From the NCBI GenBank assembly GCA_025594325.1, contig JANHCV010000002.1, positions 124,001 to 188,000 on the forward strand: a stretch of 64,000 nt of DNA. The letters are read 5' to 3'. Below the pieces are notes generated by a model, which was given only the letters and a program-made list of their open reading frames with translations, did no database searches and had not been told where the DNA came from. The stretch's first letter is position 1. Every line of letters starts with the position of its first letter. Source of the DNA: Blastocladiella emersonii ATCC 22665. Taxonomy: Eukaryota; Fungi; Blastocladiomycota. Positions 56,022-64,000 of this stretch are shown here, piece by piece. The position numbers and the translations under genes were made by a program.

Positions 56022-59000
56022 ATGATGCTGCGCAAGATATGGACCGGTAACGGTAAGAAGGGCCCGCCACCCATAGCGCGGTCGGGCTCGACCCTGCAGT
56101 CCTACACGCCGTCGCCCATCCACTCGACCCCGACTATCCCCGAGACGCCGACCGTGCCTGCTGTTTGCCCGGGCCCGCTCGCCGAGGTGTCCAAGGGTAC
56201 GCGATGACGGGACCCGGCCAGCATCGCCGTGACTGACTGACGCACCGCACTCGAGTGTAGAGATTGTGCAGTACTGGATCCTGCCCATGACCTCGTGCAT
56301 CGAGTCCATTGGCGGCTCGGGCAACCGCCACGCGAGCCAGAACCTCCCGATGTTGATCCTGATCCAGTCCATGGACGACGTGTTCAAGGGCACCATCGTC
56401 TCGTACAAGGTACGCTCTGATCGCTCACGGCCGCTCCACTTTCGCGACTGACGCTTCACACCGACGCGTAGTCCCGCAGCGAGTTCCACCTGCGGTACAG
56501 CGAAGTCGGCGTGCAGCTGCGCACGCACGCGTCGCAGCTCGGTCCCGAAGACCTCGCGCACTTCGTCGCGCGGCACCTCGACCGGCACAGCCACACCAGC
56601 TACGACGTGGCGGGGATCCAGGCCGAGCTCCGCCGCCTGCACGACGCCGGCCACGTGCGCACCAAGATCTTCACGCCGTCGTCGAGCGACGCCTTCACCG
56701 CGGCAAACGGGCTCACGCGGTCGCCGTCGACCATGTCCATTTTGTCGATCATGACCGCCGCGGCATCCGACAAGCCCGTCGTCACGTCGCTCGAGGTCCA
56801 GCTCGGCGTCCTGCTCCGTGAGACCGAGTTTCCGACGGTCCGCATCGCGCTGCTGCACTCGTCGACCTCTGGTACGCTCGCTCGTTCCCGCTCCACACGT
56901 ACGATCACTGACCTCCCTCACCTGCAGACCCGATAGTCGACGAGATCCTCGCGCATTTCGCCCAAAAGTCGAAGACCAACGGCACTCTGCCGCGCACCGA
57001 CTCAACACCGCAACCGAAAAAGGAGGACCCGGACAAGATCAAGGGTCTGATCGGCGAGATCAAGCGCACCGACATCGAGCGTCTGCCGCCCAAGCTGCTA
57101 GGCCTGGCCGACCTGGCCGACGCCGTCGACGGCATGAAGTTGCGTGACGGCAACTTGTGGTTGGCGTTCGCCAGCCTGCTGCACTCGCTCGACCTGCGCT
57201 CGCTGTGCGCGGACTGGAAGGTCTACACGGCGCAGCTGCAGACGGCAACGACGCTGGGCGAGCTCATGGACGCGCTCGAGTCACCCTCGCGCGCGCGCGT
57301 CCTGGCCGTCCTGATGCCGCTCGCGCTGCACGTGTTCACGCTGCGCCCGTTCCTCGACGACCGCGGAAACGACCAGGTCATCGACAAGCTCAAGGCCAAG
57401 CGCGCGATCCCGGCGGACATGTACCTGCGCGAGGACCTCAACTTCTGCGCCGTGTACGCGAGCGACACCACGACCAAGCTCAAGCACCTCATCGAGTTTG
57501 TCAGCCCGGCCGACCCCGCCGTGACCCGACTGCAGGCGTACTGGGCCGCGCAGCACGCCGCGTGCATCAAGACGGACAAGGACGCGGACCGCGACAAGAC
57601 CCGCATGCTCCTCGCGCAGGCCGTGTCGGCGACTGGCGACCAGGCCGTCGTCACCGAGGGCCTGTGCCAGGCGTCGATCCTCGGCGCACTCATCGTCCGC
57701 AAGCAGAAGGTCGCGAAGCTGTCACGCCGCCACCGCACCCTGCTCCTGCTCTCGGACCGCGTGCTCCTCCTCGACAACGAGCTGTGGGACGCCGGCAACA
57801 AGCGCGTTTCGCACGACGCGTCATGGATCCTCCAGGGGTTCGTCGCCAAGCAGTTTGCCGGGATGAGCGGCGCCGGCGGCCTGTTTGGCAGCATGGCGCG
57901 CGACGGCGGCGGCAGGGGTGGCCAGGACGACCGGCTCCGGATCGTACGGACCTGGTCGATCGAGATGTCGGTCGTCTCGGTCGTCGCTGCGGCTTCGAGC
58001 TCAGCAGCGGCCGACCCGGAGGACATGCCGCTGCTCGAGCTCCTCGACGGCTCGGGGTTCTACGACTGCCGCATCGTCGCGGGCGACCTGCGCGGGTTCA
58101 TGGCCAAGCTTGACCGCGCCAAGACCGAGATCCTGCTCGCCAAGTGCTGCGGGCCCGCGGCCGCCGCGCAGGCCGCGTCGCGGATCATCGAGATCCCGCT
58201 GACCCTGGTCGACGAGACGGGAACGTCGTCGGCCGCGAAACGCCCGGCGCAGCTCAACAACATCGTGCACATTGTCCCGATCCTCGGCGGCACGACGAAA
58301 GACCTCGACGACTACGACCACATTGTCGCGCTCGACGAGGCCAGCGTCGCGTCGACCGAGCAGTGGACGCCCGCGTTCTCGACCAGTGTGTCGACCGTCG
58401 CCATCGCCACGGCGCCCAGCGTGGCACCCTCGCTCAAGGTCCCCTCGATCAAGCCGCCGTCGAAACCGACCACGCCCGCCGCGTCGTTTCGCAGCTCGTT
58501 CCGCAGCTCGCTTGGCGGGAACGGCACGGCGCGCGGCTCGGCGCGGTCGTCCCGCGCGTCGTCGACCGTCGCCCTCGCCGCCACGGCCTCGACGAGTACC
58601 GAGAGTCTCGAGTCCGCCAAGTCGGCGGCAAGCGGGTCCGCTGTATCGGCAGCGAGCGGCCCGGCAGCGAACGGATCGGTCGCTTCGGTAGCGCCGAGCG
58701 TGGTGGGCGACCGGTACGACGTCAAGACGACGTACACGGACATCAAGACGCAGGGCAAGCCGGTGGGCGGTACAAAACGCGTCGCGTCGCTCGCGGGCGT
58801 AGCGGACGCGCTCCTCGACACGGCGGCGCGCGTCGACCCGGGCTACTTCCAGCGCGTGGGCTCGTCGCACGCGCGGCGCCGGTGGGGGTTCCTGCGCGCC
58901 GGGCTGGTCGGCCACGGCATGGCGATGCAGATCCACCAGAACTCGTTTGTGCCGTACGCGGAGCCCGCGCGGAGTACGGGGATCGCGACGCCCGAGAGCT

Positions 59001-61018
59001 CGCTGCGGTCGCGCACGCCGTCGCTCGCCGCGGGCGGCAGCGCGCAGCCGATGACGGGCCGGCGCGGCGACTTCGATACCGTGTCGATCAAGTCGACGGC
59101 GGGCGTCGTCGTATCCCCCGTCAAGTCGGCGGCGGCCGCCGCCATGTTCAACGACCGGTACTCGGTGCGCGGCGGGTTCGGCCGGCCCATGTCGATCGCG
59201 AGCATGTCGATCCGCAGCAACCTCGGCGCGGCGAAGCAGAAGCTCGCGCACATGCTCCCGCCGACCGCCGCGGCCAAGCTGATGCGGCAGGGCTCGACGC
59301 ACACGGCGCAGGACAACGGCAGCGGCGGCGACGGGTTCAAGGTCGACATGCGCGGCGGCATCTCGCAGGCGACGCTCAACACGATCCTCATCGAGGCGTG
59401 CACGTACTTCCTGCAGCTCGTCGCCGAGGGCATCGACCTCACGTCCGACGCGCTGCCGTCGGTGCAGGCCAAGGCGATCCGCGGCGAGGACCTGCCCGCG
59501 GGCGCGAGCGAGAGCGAGATGACGACGCGCCGCCGCCGCCTGCTCGAGTCGATGAAGAGCAAGGGGTTCCTCAAGCCCGACCACGTCAAGCTCGTCACGG
59601 CGCGGCACCTCGTCGGCGCTATTGGCGAGTACACGATGCTGCTCGGCAGCCTGCTGTCGGCGATCTCGGTGCGCCAGCTCGTCGAGCTCGTCGTCGACCC
59701 GCGCGTCCCCGCCGAGTTTGCACCGTCTACGACGAGCGCGCGCAGCGACTCGCCGTGGTCGCGCGCAGACATCACGCCGCGCGTCATGGCCGCGCTCAAC
59801 CGCGAGGAGGACGCGGTCAAGAGCGAGAACCTGTGGCTGTTCCTGACCATGCTGTACATTGTGGCGATCAGCCCGTTCCACGCCGCGGGCCCTGCTGCCG
59901 CGAAGCGCGCGGCCGCGGCGACCGCCGACGCCGGGTGCACGCTCAACATTGGGTACAGCTGGCCCGCCGTCCGCGACGTCCTGTTCGCCAGCTGGCTCAA
60001 CAGCCCGCAGGCCACGGCCGAGTCGCCTCATGATATCGCCGACTGGTCGGCCGCTGTCGCGCGCATGGTCGCGGATATCGGGTCCGCGGCGCTCGTCGAC
60101 GCGATCCAGACGCGCACCGCCGCGGCCGCCGCAACGGGGACGAGCACGGCGCGGTTCTCGCGCACCAACGTCGACAAGCTGTGCGAGCAGCTGCACCGCA
60201 TGAACACGGCGATCCAGCAGCGCCGCCCGCAGGCCGCGCCCCGCAGCGTGTCGCCCGTGCTCTGGCCGTTCGACTCGGAGCGCGTCACGGCCGCGTTCGC
60301 CACCGTCGTTGCGAGTCTGCCCGGCTCGCCGCGACGCAAGTCGCTGGCTGGTCCGACTGCGGCCGGCGCACAGCAGCAGCATCCCGGCCACCGCCGCAAC
60401 CAGACGTCGGTGTCGTACCAGAACCCGCTGACCCGCCTCGAGTCCGCGACCGAAGTGGGGCCGGCGGCCGCGATGCCGCCCCGCGTGCACAGCGGATCCG
60501 CGTCCCTCGTGGCCCGCGTCCCGAGTGCCGCGGACGCGGCATCGGTCCTCCTGAGCCCGCCCTCGCGGGTGATCGGAGACGTGATCGACAACGACGGCGG
60601 CGAGGCTGGAGCGTCAGCAGCAGCCGCGATGGGTGTCGAGGCCGATCGCAAGGGCGGCGAGTCCGCCGACTCGGACGCGCGCGGTGTCGTCGCCTCGGGA
60701 TCACTCACGCTGGCCCGCGGCGCATCCACGTCCCCCTCGGCGGAAATCGAGATGGAACTCGACATGCAGCTCGCGGCGGGCACGGCGCTCCCGCGCGCGT
60801 CGACGAGCGAGGACACGATCGATGCCGGCGTGGACGAGGAGGAGGAGGTCAAGCTCGCGGCGGCGTCGAGCTCGGGGCTCGGCACGGTCGCGGCCGACAG
60901 CGGCAGCACGCTCGAGGACGGCGGCGACTCACTGCCGGTCGGCGGTGTGATCAAGGTGCTCGACGCGGTCCTGCCCGTGGTCACGTCGCACGCCGTGGTC
61001 GGTGGCGGCGACGGGTGA
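56022..61018 (+). CDS. Large multi-exon protein with degenerate DH-PH-like and RhoGAP-like domains
   Basis: Several short GT-AG introns between 56200 and 56930 lead into ORF 57134..61018. DH/PH-like: VLMPLALHVFTLRPFL...PADPAVTRLQ...RHRTLLLLSDRVLLLD. RhoGAP-like: ILIEACTYFLQLVAEGI...HLVGAIGEYTMLLGSLL...ENLWLFLTMLYIVA. Confidence 0.6.
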
Positions 61019-62010
61019 TCGCTGAGGTGATCCCCACTCCCAAATCGTAATAAATCTGCGCGTCCCGCGACCAACTCTAACTCCAACGAGAGAAGAAACG
61101 TTATACCACTTGGTGCACACGAAGGGATAAGCTTCGAGGCTACCGATCCAGTGGATCCGCGGCGCGTCGCACGCGCTGAGCGACGAGCGACCTTCGCTGC
61201 CGACTCGCGCGGGGCCCGCCCGCGCGGACCAAGTGTGGGAACGCCCCACCGGCGGCCACACGGGTGCGTGCCGAGGCGGCGCGGATCACCGCGGCGATGA
61301 ATATCGGCCGATTGCGACCGCCCAACGGGAACACGGCGCCGATTGCTCGGGCCGGCGTCGGCACAACATCGATTGCGGGCATGAACGTGGCCGATTACGA
61401 CCGACAGGACTATTCCCCAATGCACGGTGGCGAGAGGGGAACAACGAGAGCGCGCTCGGGCGGCCGGCCGGCCTGAGTGAGGGCGTGGGGCGAGAGCGAG
61501 GGCGGCCGGGCGAGTCTGCCGGCGGGAAGCGAGCAAGTGTGGGTCGCCGCCGCCTTGTTGCGCGGCTGTCCGCAAGCACAGTCGCCTCGCACTCCCCTGC
61601 ACTGCCCCCGCTGCCCTTCCACTCCTCTTCCACGGCACCCTCGACTCGCCTCCGTGTCTCCCAGCGGTCCATCTTCGGCTGCGCACATTGTTCCTGTCCG
61701 CGCGGGTCTGTCTGCCCCTGCGCCGCCGCGATCCGCCCTCGGCGCACACCGTCTCCCCCCTCTCCCTCTCCCTCTCCCTCCCTCGGCTCGCGTGTCAAAT
61801 TTACCCTGTTCACCGGCCGCTGGGCTCGGCTCCCCCTCTTCCTCCGACATCCGGCACCAGAGCTTCGTCTCCTGCCCAGCTACTTCCAACCCCTCGCGCC
61901 GCGACTGATTGTACGTTCTCATACTCTCGCTCGCCCGCACCCGCGCTCCAGCGTCTGATCCGGCCATGATCGCGTAGACTGGCCGACCATCTATCACCAC
62001 CGCCTCGACC

Positions 62011-63594
62011 ATGGCCACGATTTGGCCAACCCACTATTCATCCACGCCCACGCCCGCTTGGCTCGAGCAGCGCGCCGCGCCCGCCGACGCGTGGGCGGCC
62101 GCCGGCCGGCTTCCTGCTCCCGCGGCGCGTCCGACTCTCGGCGCGACGGTGCTCGAGCCGCACTCGGTCCCGTCGGCGGCGCTGCGCGCGATGCTGCAGG
62201 CCAAGGACCAGCTGTCGGGCGCGTTTGCCCCCGCGCACGTCAAGCAGCGCCCTCGATGCGCTGTGGCCGATCCCGCCTCGGACGATTGCCCTGTCGGTGC
62301 GTCTCGCTGCCTGGCCGCCACGACACCCGCACCCGCACCCGCTCTGGCGGGTGAGCACGGCGCGCGAGATCGTCGTCCCGCGGCGAGTGGGAGCGGTCCC
62401 GTTCCCGATCGTGGCCTCCACGGCGGCGACGCGGCGCGCCCGCCATCGATTGCGGGCGCGCGGCCAGGTGCGGACACGGTCCCTGGCGCGCCGCCGCCGC
62501 CGCCGCCGCCGTCGCGTCTCCGCGTTCGCGGCGCCGTCCGCACCCACGTCCCCGTCGCGCCACACGGCGCAGCGCGTCGCGCGCACCTCCCGCCCCAGCC
62601 ACCCCCTGAACTCGCCCGCTTCGGCACCTCGCGGGGTAAGGCACCTGCCACGCTGCCGAGTGTGGGACGGCGCCCCGCCCGATGCGCCCCGGACGGGGGC
62701 GCGCCGCCGCGCGCGGCCGGGTCCCACGGAGCGCGCGACATGGCCGGCGCCATGTCCCGATCCGACCCCCGCCTCCACCCCGTCCTCACCGCCGCCGCGG
62801 ACAGGGGCGTCACGCGCCCACCGGCGTTCCCCACGCTCACGGCGCCGCGGGCCGACGTGCTGCGCTCGCACGGCCGCGGGCGCGACGCATGCCACCCCGA
62901 TCGCCCCGCCCGGCCCCATCTGCCGCCCGCTGCGGACACGCGGCCCGCCCTCCGCGGACACTGGCCGCCCTGCGCGCCCGTCCCGATCGGCGCCGCGCCG
63001 CCACGTCCCTCGCTCCACTCCCACGCTCACGACTGCCGCCACGCGCCCGCCTTCGTCGCGTGCTGTCCGACCCCGCCCTCGAGCGACGACGGCGCGACGC
63101 CCGGCCCACGGCCCGATCTCCTCCGCTTCGCCTTCTTCCCGTCCTCCTCGCAGCAGCCGTCCAAGCTCGCAACACCGCCCGCACCTCCTCCTCCTCCTCC
63201 TCCCCCTCCCCCGCCCCCGCCGCCGCCGGCCGTGTCGCTCTGGGTCAAGCAGCAGCAGCAGCCCGGCGTGCACCGCCGCCCCCACGGCCCGCGCGCCGCG
63301 TTCGAGTTTGTGATCCCCGTCGACCTGCGGCCTCCACGGCGGCCATCCAAGCTCGCTGCGAGCAGCACCGGCGCGTTCGTCTTCTCGCTCCCGCCACCTG
63401 CACGGTCCAGCAGCGACGCGCGGCCGGGGTTCGACGCGGCGACGCGCCGCCGGCACGTACGCGCGCACCCGTACGCTGCTGCTGCGCGACCCATCGTCTT
63501 CACGCTGCCCGTCGTCCCCGCCGCGTCGCCCGGACCACGGTCGACGGCGGCTGGGTTCGAGTTCACCATGCTTGCGCCGCCGTTGCGGTGTTGA
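62011..63594 (+). CDS. Pro/Arg-rich hypothetical protein with repeated FxF-type motifs at the C-terminus
   Basis: ACC-ATG start, 527-codon open frame; the N- and C-terminal parts read as protein, while the middle frame is uncertain and may contain an intron. Confidence 0.5.
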   Translation: MATIWPTHYSSTPTPAWLEQRAAPADAWAAAGRLPAPAARPTLGATVLEPHSVPSAALRAMLQAKDQLSGAFAPAHVKQRPRCAVADPASDDCPVGASRCLAATTPAPAPALAGEHGARDRRPAASGSGPVPDRGLHGGDAARPPSIAGARPGADTVPGAPPPPPPPSRLRVRGAVRTHVPVAPHGAARRAHLPPQPPPELARFGTSRGKAPATLPSVGRRPARCAPDGGAPPRAAGSHGARDMAGAMSRSDPRLHPVLTAAADRGVTRPPAFPTLTAPRADVLRSHGRGRDACHPDRPARPHLPPAADTRPALRGHWPPCAPVPIGAAPPRPSLHSHAHDCRHAPAFVACCPTPPSSDDGATPGPRPDLLRFAFFPSSSQQPSKLATPPAPPPPPPPPPPPPPPPAVSLWVKQQQQPGVHRRPHGPRAAFEFVIPVDLRPPRRPSKLAASSTGAFVFSLPPPARSSSDARPGFDAATRRRHVRAHPYAAAARPIVFTLPVVPAASPGPRSTAAGFEFTMLAPPLRC

Positions 63595-64000
63595 GCTCTC
63601 ATACAAACCCTCAGTGACGTCTTCTCATACCTTGAGGCGCAGCGCGCGACGCGCCACGATGAGCGCAAGCCTCGAACAGCGAGCCTGAGTGGCTGCACCG
63701 CACAGCGAACCCAAGGACGCCGTGCGTCGGCGCCGACCACAAGTGAGTGACGATGGTGGCCACGGGTGCGTGAGTGGCGCTGGGGCTGAGCGCCGCCATC
63801 GCCTCGCGCCCCTGCCCACGCTGGCCACGGCACGGCCATGACCACCGTGGCGCCGACGCGCAGCGAACCATGGCCGGCGGAAATTTGGGTGACGTCGCCA
63901 GAAGTATGAGCACTTAGACGCGTCGTCGCCTGACCGACGCGGCGCGCGAGATGGTCGTCGACCGCGACGCGCCAAGTTTCAGGCACGGTGCAGCGTTCTG

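Noticed and set aside
1-64000. Many long antisense or alternate-frame ORFs (e.g. 4..1707 -, 25969..28605 -, 58001..60490 -, 43292..45556 -)
   Set aside because: They are shadows of real genes caused by high GC and stop-codon scarcity; they are Arg/Ala/Gly-rich with no motifs.
1-64000. GTG/TTG starts in the supplied ORF track as support for GUG initiation
   Set aside because: They are an artefact of the ORF caller. Every gene I could model here has a usable ATG, so this window gives no independent evidence of GUG starts.
1-64000. Transposable elements or rRNA
   Set aside because: No transposase, RT, integrase, LTR/TIR pair or rRNA signature was recognised.

Overview
This is eukaryotic, very GC-rich genomic DNA with many short spliceosomal introns (mostly 55-65 nt; GTACG/GTGCG donors, CTGAC/CTAAC-like branch points, YAG acceptors). 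The supplied ORF track therefore fragments real genes and is crowded with spurious antisense ORFs. Gene content (tectonic, class-C-like GPCR, soluble guanylyl cyclase, F-box/LRR, fungal-type C2H2 factor) suggests a flagellated early-diverging fungus, probably Blastocladiomycota; this is inference. I reconstructed about 24 protein-coding genes by hand: an RA-PH adaptor, a motor-only kinesin, tectonic, a PBP-7TM receptor, a PPR protein, Maf, a coiled-coil guanylyl cyclase, DNA2, a large Q/A-rich Cys-motif protein, NAA30/MAK3, a Suv39/DIM-5-type SET protein, an F-box-LRR protein, a C2H2 transcription factor, MPS1, two tandem small secreted paralogues, a DH-PH/RhoGAP-like protein and several orphans. 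The standout is a tRNA gene at 28903-28974 (minus strand) with a eukaryotic initiator-tRNA body but a CAC (GUG-reading) anticodon instead of CAT. No CRISPR array, rRNA or recognisable transposon was seen. All family assignments come from motif recognition by eye, not database searches.
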